A stretch of 64,000 bases of DNA from Minisyncoccota bacterium (lineage in GTDB: Bacteria; Patescibacteriota; Minisyncoccia; 2-02-FULL-40-12; GWA2-44-9). A program made the translations under genes and the position numbers. Numbering within the stretch: position 1 is the first letter of the stretch; each line of letters opens with the position of its first letter. Where the stretch lies: positions 9,709 to 73,708 of the forward strand of contig CP129474.1 of assembly GCA_030583765.1 (NCBI GenBank). The letters run 5' to 3'. The notes beneath the pieces are model-generated. The model was not told where the DNA came from. It did not search any database and saw only the letters and a program-made list of their open reading frames with translations. Below are positions 12,001 to 17,371 of the stretch, piece by piece.

Positions 12001-13342
12001 AGATGTGGTGGTGATCGGCGACGAAGATACTACGGCCTCAGATTCGTATTTCAAGCGCCTTGCGCAGAAGTCAGACGTGGCATACCAGGCAACAATTCTC
12101 GGGGTAATTTCTGAAGATCCAGGCCTCTATATTGCTTCTGGCATCATGCCAGGTACTGGCTTACAGAGCGATGAAAAGCGTCGTCCGCTTGTGTTGGCTG
12201 GACGCGCCCCAGTGAAGGTTTCATTGGAAAATGGCCCGATTGCGCCTGGTGATCGTCTTACATCCTCATCAACGCCTGGCGTTGCTATGAAGGCGACGAA
12301 CGCCGGAATGATTATTGGTGTTGCGCTTGAGGCATTTGATGGAACAGCAACGACATCGCCAGTGCGCATTATGACTTTTGTGAACGTTGGGTATTGGGCG
12401 CCAAGTGTCACGGATGTTGCAATCACTGGTGGCACGTCGCCAGTGGTGCAGACGCTCAATGCGATGTTTGAAAGCGTGCGGGTAACGGGCGATGTGATTG
12501 CCTCTGGCATGAAGAAGACGTGGTTCGCCACTCGCGATCTCTTCCCGAACGTGGACGTTTCGATGATGGCGCAATTCTGGAATGGCCGCGAAATCGCCAT
12601 TGATTCCACCACGAGCGATCCGAACGCAAGCATCTTCCGCAGTGACGCAACGTCACAGGGGGCAGAGCAGTCGAAGGTTGTCCTCGAAGAGGGCGGGGAG
12701 CAGCTGGCAACGTTTGGTATCGATTCTACTCGCGGCGAAATCTTCCTCTCGGGCACTTCAAACTTGAATAGCGGTAGTGCAAAAATCTTCTTTGACTACT
12801 CGTTCACTGCTTTGATCGCCAAAGAGGTGCCTATTCGTGTGCTTGTCACTGCGGGCCCGGGTATTGCTGGTCCGCTCACCGTACCGGTGAAGAGCGAGTT
12901 TGGCTTTACGGTTCAGGAATTCGGGCAATACAGCAACGGCACATTTGACTGGCTTGTTGTGGCCCGCCGCGCTGGATATGAGGCAGGAGATAGTGCAGAA
13001 ACAGCCCCCACCGCAACCCCAACCCCTGCACCAACCACTGAGCCTACTCCAACAGTAGAGCCAACCCCAGCGCCAGAAGTAAGCCCAGAGCCTTCTCCGG
13101 TGGCAACTCCAACCCCAGAGGCACCGGTAGCACCTTCACCAACTCCAGAAGTGAGCCCAACGCCAACGCCAGAAACAGCCCCCACCGCAACCCCAACCCC
13201 TGCACCAACCACTGAGCCTACTCCAACAGTAGAGCCAACCCCAGCGCCAGAAGTAAGCCCAGAGCCTTCTCCGGTGGCAACTCCAACCCCAGAGGCACCG
13301 GTAGCACCTTCACCAACTCCAGAAGTGAGCCCAACACCATAA
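2..13342 (+). CDS. Giant repetitive surface fibre-like protein, 5'-partial; >4,400 aa in window. The ORF track starts it at a TTG at 101, but the frame is open from base 2. Fibre/tail-fibre-like repeat modules (GNVGIGTxxP...AKLDV), non-repetitive C-terminal domain, Pro/Thr-rich tail.
   Basis: One continuous frame from the window edge to TAA at 13340-13342. Dozens of periodic NVGIGT(T/K)xP..AKLD(V/I) motifs. Module families repeat at aa and nt level. The C-terminal ~430 aa is non-repetitive. The last 116 aa are 2 x 58-aa P/T/E/V repeats. Confidence 0.85.
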   Translation, partial: LSGSGGAHRFYTTSGTTLALEVAGEYTYASGLRLNGLDAGVNQIYQSNSGTTLGITANGGNISFGQPSTQQVIINPSGYFGIGDTTPNTLLDVEGAGGFAGELLTTDALQVAHTATVAYSRFGSNTTSYSDFLNSSDDVLISDDLEVDGQLFADGNASVSGNLEVTGTIYATINPNFTPGSVVFAGASGELAQDNASFFFDDSTNRLGLGDITPETTLEVVGIASVSGNTYIGGNLGIGTTTPGARLQVAGSGNGNLKVGGIFGSDYTGVSLNGTLDTSNYNFLSSPTDTTLWINRPTGSGINFSEGHTATVVFPAGSTIGGGPSIYTASDIRIGTSGAGAALFFNDYSYSGGDYIRQTSAGTVHIVGGGTSAAATQLIVNRGNVGIGSTAPSAKFDVVGAGKFTGELLTADALQVAHTATVAYSRFGSNTTSYASFLNSSDDLLISDDLEVDGQLFADSHASIAGNFEVTGNTFLSNASVSGDLEVSGTIYGTVSGTINPNFTPGSVVFAGALGQLTQDNASLFFDDTTNRLGLGDITPETTLEVVGIASVSSALQVGGVVSRTETLEIAGTASVSGNAYFGSNVGIGTTSPVAKLDIWLNNASGTTQSFINFKNVSNGVNWGIGGTVNDFHIRSMNADGARVLTVAYAAGYGGSIGIGTTSPAALLDVTASSSYTTGDLFRVASSSPSNVLFIVKKDGNVGIGTQTPAAKLDIRLDDTTSTTQNLIYLKRLPSGAAWGIGGTVNDLHIRNVTLGGARVFTVAYAAGHGGNVGIGTTAPTTLLDVTASTSFTTGDLFRVASSSPSNVLFIVKKSGNIGIGTSTPTAKIEIGPYQPLSVMRDLIKFTPNDGAVGWKISQLGHNLHFVGTNSDMGRTMTLAYSVSNRQGNVGIGTIAPAAILDVTASSSHTSGSLFRVASASGAILTVDRLGTTTFNLAAADSNQSKTKNFVTFTGCNGCISWGLSRSVNNFNVSSSEGRVMTFEYIAGGAEIGIGTTAPAALLDVTASAGYYTNGDLFRVASGSPDAVHFIVKKSGNIGIGTATPTTDLDVYGNASVSGNFEVTGKLFAQSTASVSSNFEVGTSTFFVNAVTGNVGIGTNIPVTRFEVQGTASASHFLTSGMLQVANGGATTSYSRFGTNTTSYSSFLDSGDDVLVSDDLEIDGQLFADGNASISGNLEVTGTIDGPYTQGSILFSGASGVISENNSKFFWDDTNYRLAIGTTAPTDAVHLDVSSYNHAAAFTVTNGSLLAAQLGDDTPADGNARGYLRLMTNGVTGTYFSAGTASASYTNAVAGNFGVGTRTPDQKLDVAGNILASTSGTTADLILNAHSQTGNGTGNDGRWYLRANTGATTADRFSILNNANTEVFTIASSGNVGIGTTAPVEKVQIGAAGGGALSIWGTGYEAVELGNECTGNCAYGYLRLMVNNATNTYLSAGNAGSASYMNVIGGNLGIGTKTPEAKLDIAGNILASASGNVLLRLNSTTNTDADFTLRTIGVGGSQARFSILSSASEEIFVIASSGNVGIGTIVPLATLDINDTTRIPDPFILVADAGNKAAELGDDATGTTGNGYLRLMSNSVTRTYLSGGASASYLAWGGGNVGIGTKTPEAKLDVAGSMLASASGNIQFRINSTTWEDADFIFRVTGQTAPARLDIMSSASQPILTLSSRGFVGITSAVPSNFLTMDVYSPFTRYYGTGGISIFGSNLAAELGDDQPGTTGDGYLRLMSNSVTRTYLSGGASASYLAWGGGNVGIGTKTPEAKLDVAGSMLASASGDIQFRINSTTWEDADFIFRVTGQTAPARLDIMSSASQPILTLSSRGFVGITSAVPSNFLTMDVYSPFTRYYGTGGISIFGTNLAVELGDDQPGSTGNGYLRLMTAGVTRTYLSGAASASYLAWGGGNVGIGTKTPEAKLDIAGNILASTSGNVQFRINSTTEDDADFKLQTSATSGSLARFDILGSASTTPLFSIASNGNVGIGTTTMTARVTIPSGDIHVASGNIGIGTTTVRAILEVNDNLGFADPFILVADAANKAAELGDATNSGTNAYGYLRLMNNGTSNTMLSGYSASASYMQAAGGNLGVGTRTPDAKLDILGDIIASGSATAAQNIVIHATSTTSNGTGNDGRWYLRANTGAGSLDRFSIHNNAGSEFFTIASAGNVGIGTTNPIATLELNQTAVIGDPFLLIADAANKAAELGDATNSGTNAYGYLRLMNNGTSNTMLSGYSASASYMQAAGGNLGVGTRTPDAKLDILGDIIASGSATAAQNIVIHATSTTSNGTGNDGRWYLRANTGAGSLDRFSIHNNAGSEFFTIASAGNVGIGTTNPIATLELNQTAVIGDPFLLIADAANKAAELGDATDGGINAYGYLRLMVNGTSNTMLSGYSASASYMQAAGGNLGVGTRTPDAKLDILGDIIASGSATAAQNIVIHATSTTSNGTGNDGRWYLRANTGAGSLDRFSIHNNAGSEFFTIASAGNVGIGTTNPIATLELNQTAVIGDPFLLIADGSNKAAELGDATDGGTNAYGYLRLMSNGTSNTMLSGYSASASYMQAAGGNLGVGTRTPDQKLDVAGNILASTSGTTADLILNAHSQTGNGTGYDGRWYLRANTGATTADRFSIMNNANTEVFTIASNGNVGIGTTIPRAELEINGTMKKILLAIGAARGGEFGMDWSAGAAIGYIRLGYDMGTSGATTYFSGYTSSASYINAGTWGAQNLGIGTKSPDQKLDVMGNILASGSATTTQDIILHATSQTGNGTGYDGRWYLRANTGATTADRFSIMNNANTEVFTIASNGNVGIGTTIPRAELEINGTMKKILLAIGAARGGEFGMDWSAGAAIGYIRLGYDMGTSGATTYFSGYTSSASYINAGTWGAQNLGIGTKSPDQKLDVMGNILASGSATTTQDIILHATSQTGNGTGFDGRWYLRSYSAALYDRFSILNNANTEVFTIASNGNIGISDATPTATLDINTNAGGNTTGKIALAYSGTVGAELGTDWVSAGIGYLRLGYQLNLGSAYTTTYFSGYTSSASYINAGQYGSQNLGIGNKTPNAKLDVQGDILASGSATTTQDIILHATSQTGNGTGFDGRWYLRSYSAALYDRFSILNNAGTELFTIASNGNVGIGTATPGAGLVVMNGYMGINTTSPRTFLDINTFSATANYQGGIAITSNGARAAELGDDTQASGVGVGYLRLMSDGASYTYLTGGNASASYINAAGSQNLGIGTRTPEQKLDVAGNILASTSGTTADLILNAHSQTGNGTGYDGRWYLRANTGATTADRFSILNGASTELFSIASNGNVGMGTTDPQAALAIRGIGSRDPFIRIQDSGGTAAELGDYTGNGTHGVGYLRLGMNGLSNTFLSGGYTGGGTASVSYINVGSGNVGIGTRTPDSMLDVTGNILASGSATTTQALVIHATSTTGNATRADGKWTLQANVGTTTSDRFSILNGANAELISIASNGNVGIGTTAPTAKIHIGPYAPLSTPVDLVKFVPNDGAVGWKITQSVHNLSFAGTNGDMGRTMTLIYSGANRQGAVGIGTTSANAILDVVASSSHTSGSLFRVASASGAILTVDRLGTTTFDISTAEGNQYTKTKRYITFTGCGGCASWGFSRTVNNFNVSANGQERVMTFEYMVGGAEIGIGTTAPAALLDVTASAGYYTNGDLFRVASGSPDAVHFIVKKSGNVGIGTATPGTDLDVIGNASISGNFEVSGYVTSNLTPSVTDTYDLGTSALRWRDLYVSSGSLHIGTSGDEAVIDYNVNDDHLSFKPNGSTTGFVMTDAGNLGVGTTAPAALLHLNGAFSLGLNGGTGSAEMFSYTTNADILGLANSTGTVNVYGGGWWGGGSGISLRGTSATNGNTIGFRGSSGTENMRLSAAGGLSIGNSYISTDAGAGGLIMSGNLGIGTTTASEKLHVAGQIRMSNGTDYVDIFTAGTQGTGGCGGGGSSGASFCVDVSDGGGGNGTDFQIAYGGTVIAAGDLNGNGSPDIAEGINVADPSIEYGDVVVIGDEDTTASDSYFKRLAQKSDVAYQATILGVISEDPGLYIASGIMPGTGLQSDEKRRPLVLAGRAPVKVSLENGPIAPGDRLTSSSTPGVAMKATNAGMIIGVALEAFDGTATTSPVRIMTFVNVGYWAPSVTDVAITGGTSPVVQTLNAMFESVRVTGDVIASGMKKTWFATRDLFPNVDVSMMAQFWNGREIAIDSTTSDPNASIFRSDATSQGAEQSKVVLEEGGEQLATFGIDSTRGEIFLSGTSNLNSGSAKIFFDYSFTALIAKEVPIRVLVTAGPGIAGPLTVPVKSEFGFTVQEFGQYSNGTFDWLVVARRAGYEAGDSAETAPTATPTPAPTTEPTPTVEPTPAPEVSPEPSPVATPTPEAPVAPSPTPEVSPTPTPETAPTATPTPAPTTEPTPTVEPTPAPEVSPEPSPVATPTPEAPVAPSPTPEVSPTP
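4690..5760 (+). repeat. Tandem ~453-bp coding repeat inside the giant gene: 2 near-identical copies plus a diverged partial third.
   Basis: Out-of-frame ORFs 4686..4934 and 5139..5387 translate to near-identical 82-aa peptides, 453 nt apart. Antisense ORFs 4777..5055 and 5230..5508 are likewise near-identical. Confidence 0.8.
6066..7690 (+). repeat. Tandem 477-bp coding repeat inside the giant gene: ~3.4 near-identical copies (159-aa protein unit).
   Basis: ORFs 6201..6521, 6678..6998 and 7155..7475 are identical. Antisense ORFs 6206..6433, 6683..6910 and 7160..7387 are identical 75-aa peptides. The unit restarts with gatccgttcctgcttattgccgatg at 6543, 7020 and 7497. Confidence 0.85.
7787..9310 (+). 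repeat. Tandem 480-bp coding repeat (2 identical copies), followed by a mosaic of partial re-duplications; the 8690-8810 segment recurs at 9180-9300.
   Basis: ORFs 7795..8010 and 8275..8490 are identical. 7940..8143 and 8420..8623 are identical. 7980..8204 and 8460..8684 are identical. The motif GFDGRWYLRSYSAALYDRFSILNNA occurs twice. Confidence 0.8.
12998..13339 (+). repeat. 174-bp tandem repeat x2 encoding a Pro/Thr-rich 58-aa unit (ETAPTATPTPAPTTEPTPTVEPTPAPEVSPEPSPVATPTPEAPVAPSPTPEVSPTPTP) at the extreme C-terminus of the giant protein.
   Basis: Two copies read directly in sequence, starting at 12998 and 13172. The second copy runs into the stop codon. Confidence 0.9.
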
Positions 13343-13405
13343 TATGAAATATCCCCATCACCCTGTTGCATATGTGCGCAAAGAACTCGATACTATAAGG
13401 GTAGT

Positions 13406-15862
13406 TTGCATATATTGCGTGTCTGCGTACGGACCGAATGCACCCGTGCGGAGGCGCACAATAGTGCGTATTTCATGAATATGTATGGCATGCCCGATGC
13501 AGTACTGACTGCGTCGGCTCCGCGCGTTGAGCGCGGGCAGGAAGAGGGGATATATCGCGCCATTGCAAAGTGGGCGGTACTTGTATTCGCGTTTCTGCTC
13601 CCGCTGTTTGTGCTTCCCGTGACAACGGCGGCAGTTGAGGCGAATAAATTCGTGTTGGTAGTGGTTGCGGCGAGTCTTGCGCTGATCGCATGGTTTTTAG
13701 GGATTGTGGTTTCTGGCACACTGCGTGTACGCATGTCTCCCGTTCTCACGATTCTTGCCGCGTTCATCGGTGCGGGGATTCTTGCGACGGTGTTTTCCGT
13801 GTCGCCAGAAAAGAGCTTATTTGGAAACGGCATCGGTTTCGCTGGCTCGCTGACGAGTATCATTGCGCTCTCCGCGTTGGCCTGTGTAGCATTGCATGTG
13901 TTTGACGATCGTGGGCGACGCCTTGCGCAAGTCTTTGGTGGGGGCGCGCTACTCGCGCTCATTATTGGGCTTCTGCAGTTGCTGGAGATTTATCTTTTGG
14001 GCGCCGCTGCGTTTAGCTCGCGTGCATTCAACACTGTTGGCTCAGTGAATGCGCTGGGTATGTTCGCGGCATTTTCACTGCCACTGTTTGCGAAGCTTCG
14101 CTTGCCGTTGCCTCGATTTGAAAAAGTAAACCTCGCAATGATTGGCGTGCTGGTGAGCTTGGCAATCTTGGTCATCCTAAACTGGTGGATCTTCTGGACC
14201 GCCGCCATTGCGGGCATGGTCGGCCTTATCATCTGGGACAGCGTTGCGTCATTGCGCATGGGCGCGCGCACATTTCGCATGGCGCACTTCCTCTTGCCCA
14301 TGACGGTTGTCGTGTTGGGAGTATTTCTCCTTATTGTGAACTTTTCAGTCCCCGCGGTCCGTAACGCACTCCCTGTCGAAGTTGCTCCTTCGTTTAGCCT
14401 TTCGTGGGACGTCATGATGAAGACGTTCGGCAAGAACCTCATTTCCGGCTTTGGCCAGGAGAACTTCCTTCTTGCATTTGACCGTTTTGGCGCACAGCGC
14501 TTGGCGCAAACGACGCTTGGCGACATTCGCTTCCTCTCGGGTACTTCTGAAGCAATGACGATGATAGTAGAACAGGGAGCCGTGGGCATTTTGGCACTCG
14601 GTGCGATGGTGTGGATGCTAACACTCGCACTAGCGCGCATGGCGCGTCGGACGCAAAGCGACGAGGCAGTGCACGGTGCAGTGTTTAGCACGGCAGTCGC
14701 GATGCTTGTGGGCTTTTTCCTCTTCTCATTTGAGGGAACGTTGATGGGCACGTTCTTCCTTGTGTTGGCATTAGTGGCGCTTGCGGCGGCCGCAGATCGC
14801 GAAGAGCTCATTCATATTGAGGAGCGTCCAGCGTGGTCGCTTGCTGCTTCACTGGGCTTCATTACGGTTCTCATTAGCGTGCTAACTGGCGGATATTTTG
14901 TAGCATCTGCGTATACGGGCGATGTGCAATTCGCAAAAGCAGTACGCGTAACGGATAACACCGAGGCAAGTGAGCGCATGGCGCGAGCGCTAGCATGGGC
15001 GCCCGACACCGATCGCTACCTTCGTGCAATTGCACAGAGGCAACTCGCTATTATTGGGACGGAAATAAACGCTCCTGCTGGATCGCAAGACGCCGAGCGC
15101 CAAGCGCGCATTCAGACCGCGGTGAATAATGCTATTGGTGCAGCCCGACGTGCGACAGAAGCTGACTCTTCAGACTCACTGAACTGGTTTACGCTCGCAA
15201 CAACCTACCAGCAGCTTTTGGGCGTGCTTGAAAACGCAGATGGTCTCGCAGAGGATGCTTATAAGAAAACGGCAGATTTACGTCCAGGAGATCCAACATT
15301 TAGCAACCAGCTTGGCACGATGTATCTGGCAAAAGCGGACTTGACGCGTCAACTTGCCCGCAGTGGGGGAGCAAACGCCGCACGCTTTAGTGCTGAGGCC
15401 GAAGCTTCGTTGATTAAGGCAGAGGAGCACTTCAAAAAAGCAATTGAGGTGTCTCCAAACTTTGGGCAGGCAATCTACAACCTTGGCGCAGTTTATGATC
15501 GTCAAGGAAAGGTGAAAGAGGCTGTTCGTGAGCTAGAACGTATTGCACCGGCGAATGCCAACAACGCGAGCATTCTCTTTGAGCTTGGGCTCTTGTACTA
15601 TCGTGATGATCGCAAAAACGATGCTATCACTGCATTTGAGCGCGCAGTACTTATCTCCCCGGACTTCAGCAATGCGCGCTGGTATCTCGCGCTTATCTTA
15701 GAGGAGCAGAAGAGGCTTCCTGAAGCCATTGAACAAGTGAAGCGCATTCTGGCTCTTGAGGCGAATAAAGATAACAAGACGGTTCAGGATAAGCTTGCGC
15801 AACTTGAGCAAGGGCTAGCAACGATTGGGCCCGATGGGGCGCTTGACGAACAACCGCTGTAA
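13406..15862 (+). CDS. Polytopic membrane protein with an O-antigen ligase/Wzy_C-like (PglL-like) N-terminal domain and C-terminal TPR repeats. The true start is probably near 13475-13490 (MNMYGMPD).
   Basis: About 12 predicted TM helices with Wzy_C-like topology. The C-terminal ~300 aa carry clear TPR motifs (AIYNLGAVYDRQGKVKEAVREL, ILFELGLLYYRDDRKNDAITAFERAV, ARWYLALILEEQKRLPEAIEQVKRIL). The stop overlaps the mltG start (TAATG at 15860-15864). Confidence 0.6.
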   Translation: MHILRVCVRTECTRAEAHNSAYFMNMYGMPDAVLTASAPRVERGQEEGIYRAIAKWAVLVFAFLLPLFVLPVTTAAVEANKFVLVVVAASLALIAWFLGIVVSGTLRVRMSPVLTILAAFIGAGILATVFSVSPEKSLFGNGIGFAGSLTSIIALSALACVALHVFDDRGRRLAQVFGGGALLALIIGLLQLLEIYLLGAAAFSSRAFNTVGSVNALGMFAAFSLPLFAKLRLPLPRFEKVNLAMIGVLVSLAILVILNWWIFWTAAIAGMVGLIIWDSVASLRMGARTFRMAHFLLPMTVVVLGVFLLIVNFSVPAVRNALPVEVAPSFSLSWDVMMKTFGKNLISGFGQENFLLAFDRFGAQRLAQTTLGDIRFLSGTSEAMTMIVEQGAVGILALGAMVWMLTLALARMARRTQSDEAVHGAVFSTAVAMLVGFFLFSFEGTLMGTFFLVLALVALAAAADREELIHIEERPAWSLAASLGFITVLISVLTGGYFVASAYTGDVQFAKAVRVTDNTEASERMARALAWAPDTDRYLRAIAQRQLAIIGTEINAPAGSQDAERQARIQTAVNNAIGAARRATEADSSDSLNWFTLATTYQQLLGVLENADGLAEDAYKKTADLRPGDPTFSNQLGTMYLAKADLTRQLARSGGANAARFSAEAEASLIKAEEHFKKAIEVSPNFGQAIYNLGAVYDRQGKVKEAVRELERIAPANANNASILFELGLLYYRDDRKNDAITAFERAVLISPDFSNARWYLALILEEQKRLPEAIEQVKRILALEANKDNKTVQDKLAQLEQGLATIGPDGALDEQPL

Positions 15863-16836
15863 TGAACATCCCCCGCATTCGCATTTCACAGAAGGCAGCA
15901 CTTGCATGGAGCGTCACGGGAGCATTTATTCTTGCTCTCGTGTACGCTCTCGCGGTGCCCACTGGCGGCATGCCGCGTGAGATTTCTATTGCGAAGGGTC
16001 TGGGCACTGACGCAATCGCCCGCACGCTTGAAAGTGCGGGCGTTGTGCGTTCGTCTCTCCTCTTTTCGCTTTTAGTGCGTGGATTGGGAGAGGACGGGAA
16101 TTTGCGGGCTGGGCGCTACATCATTGACCCACGAGAAGAGAGCGCTTGGGATATCGCGCTAAAAATGGCAGCTGGGCGTGCAGAACCAGAAGATATCGGC
16201 GTATTAATTTATGAAGGTATGAATATCTGGGAGGTTGATCGCCAGTTGGCGGCGGCCGGCCTTATCACACGCGGCGCATTTGCAAAAGAGTGGTATCAAG
16301 AGGAGGGGACATTCTTTCCTGACACGTACCGTTTTCTTCCGGGGACAAGTGTTGCGGAGATGGGTCGCGTGATGCAGGAGAATTTCCGTGCCAAAGCAGG
16401 GTTCCCACGCGACGATACGCTTATCATTGCTTCCATGCTTGAGAAAGAGGGCAAGACGCAAGAGGAGCTTGAGCTGATCGCGGGCGTGATTCAAAACCGC
16501 ATAAAACTCGGCATGCCACTCCAGCTAGACGCCACTGTCATCTACGGTGCCTGTATGCGCTCCTGGAAGGCCCAGGGGATGCGCGATATATGCGATGTGA
16601 CCAATGTACCCGTTGGGCGTGAAACTGCCATAGATTCGCCGTATAACACGTATACGCGCAGAGGGCTTCCAGAGGGGCCCATTGCCAACCCGGGAGCTCT
16701 AGCAATTAAGGCGGCGGAGCATCCGAAGGCATCAAAATATTTATATTATCTCTCGCCACGCGACGGCAGTAGGGTTATTTTTACTGAAACGTATGCGGAG
16801 CATGTACGTAACCGTGCGAAGTATCTGGGGATTTAA
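15862..16836 (+). CDS. mltG: Endolytic murein transglycosylase MltG (YceG family).
   Basis: N-terminal TM anchor. YceG-like motifs GRYIIDP, FFPDTYRF, IIASMLEKEG and LQLDATVIYG. Confidence 0.75.
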   Translation: MNIPRIRISQKAALAWSVTGAFILALVYALAVPTGGMPREISIAKGLGTDAIARTLESAGVVRSSLLFSLLVRGLGEDGNLRAGRYIIDPREESAWDIALKMAAGRAEPEDIGVLIYEGMNIWEVDRQLAAAGLITRGAFAKEWYQEEGTFFPDTYRFLPGTSVAEMGRVMQENFRAKAGFPRDDTLIIASMLEKEGKTQEELELIAGVIQNRIKLGMPLQLDATVIYGACMRSWKAQGMRDICDVTNVPVGRETAIDSPYNTYTRRGLPEGPIANPGALAIKAAEHPKASKYLYYLSPRDGSRVIFTETYAEHVRNRAKYLGI

Positions 16837-16880
16837 AAGGGGCGCGTATCGCAAATTCCCACCCAAAGACTGAACATAGA

Positions 16881-17028
16881 GAAGCACACCGCAAGTCCTC
16901 TCTCTACCACGCGTCGAGCATCCTGCGAATGCTCGCGCTCCTACTCGCCCTCACCTTATACTAAGGAGCAATCCTTACCGTTCGGGCTGCGAGAGGGTAG
17001 AACCGAGGACTTGCGGTGTTCTTTTTTA
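16881..17028 (+). ncRNA. Candidate structured small RNA or complex terminator. A 15-bp perfect long-range stem encloses ~104 nt containing internal hairpins and a GNRA-capped helix, followed by a U-run.
   Basis: acaccgcaagtcctc (16886-16900) pairs perfectly with gaggacttgcggtgt (17005-17019), then tcttttttact. Internal hairpins include cgagcatcctgcgaatgctcg and taaggaGCAAtcctta. No CDS is present. Confidence 0.3.
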
Positions 17029-17039
17029 CTCGCAAAGAA

Positions 17040-17340
17040 GTTACTAAGGAGTGCATACAACCCAATACGCGAAGCATTTCGGAGCACGACGGTGCGAGAA
17101 CTAGCTGCGCCGCCAGTAAGGCGGCGACAGCGTGCTGAGTCTTTGGGCGGTATGCACTCAATAAGAGGGCAAGCGCTTCTGGTCCCTTGCATTTTTGCAG
17201 GTTTTTTGTATACTTATAGGTAAGCCGTAGACAGCGGGCGTCCATCCTTTTTCGCATAAAGCGATGACGGATAAGTAAGACCCGCCGAGGAACACACTCT
17301 TCATAGAGTCTGCGGCTGCGCGCAGGCTTTTTTATTGGTC
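17040..17340 (+). promoter_or_regulatory. Putative rplJ (L10) leader with an attenuator-type intrinsic terminator (17308-17336) immediately upstream of the rplJ start.
   Basis: 300-nt untranslated structured region. Long-range stem ggagtgcatac (17050-17060) pairs with gtatgcactc (17149-17158). Palindrome ctgcgcgcag plus gcttttttatt at 17310-17336, 35 nt before the rplJ ATG. L10 leaders with attenuators are established in other bacteria. Confidence 0.4.
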
Positions 17341-17371
17341 GAAGCGCGTAGCATAAACCGTAGTTTGTACC

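Noticed and set aside
53-12767. Dozens of 60-210-aa ORFs on the minus strand and in alternative plus frames inside the giant gene (e.g. 53..340, 508..768, 1115..1558, 12127..12756, 12913..13371).
   Set aside because: They lie entirely within one long, uninterrupted, repeat-structured reading frame. They are duplicated only because the underlying coding repeats are duplicated. High GC and low-complexity coding generate long spurious antisense ORFs.
16881-17028. Identification of the stem-closed element as SRP (4.5S) RNA, tmRNA or RNase P RNA.
   Set aside because: It lacks the SRP domain-IV AGCAGC/GGAA pattern, lacks a tRNA-like 3' end for tmRNA, and lacks the P4 GGAAAGUCCGG core of RNase P. 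It is retained only as an unclassified structured-RNA candidate.
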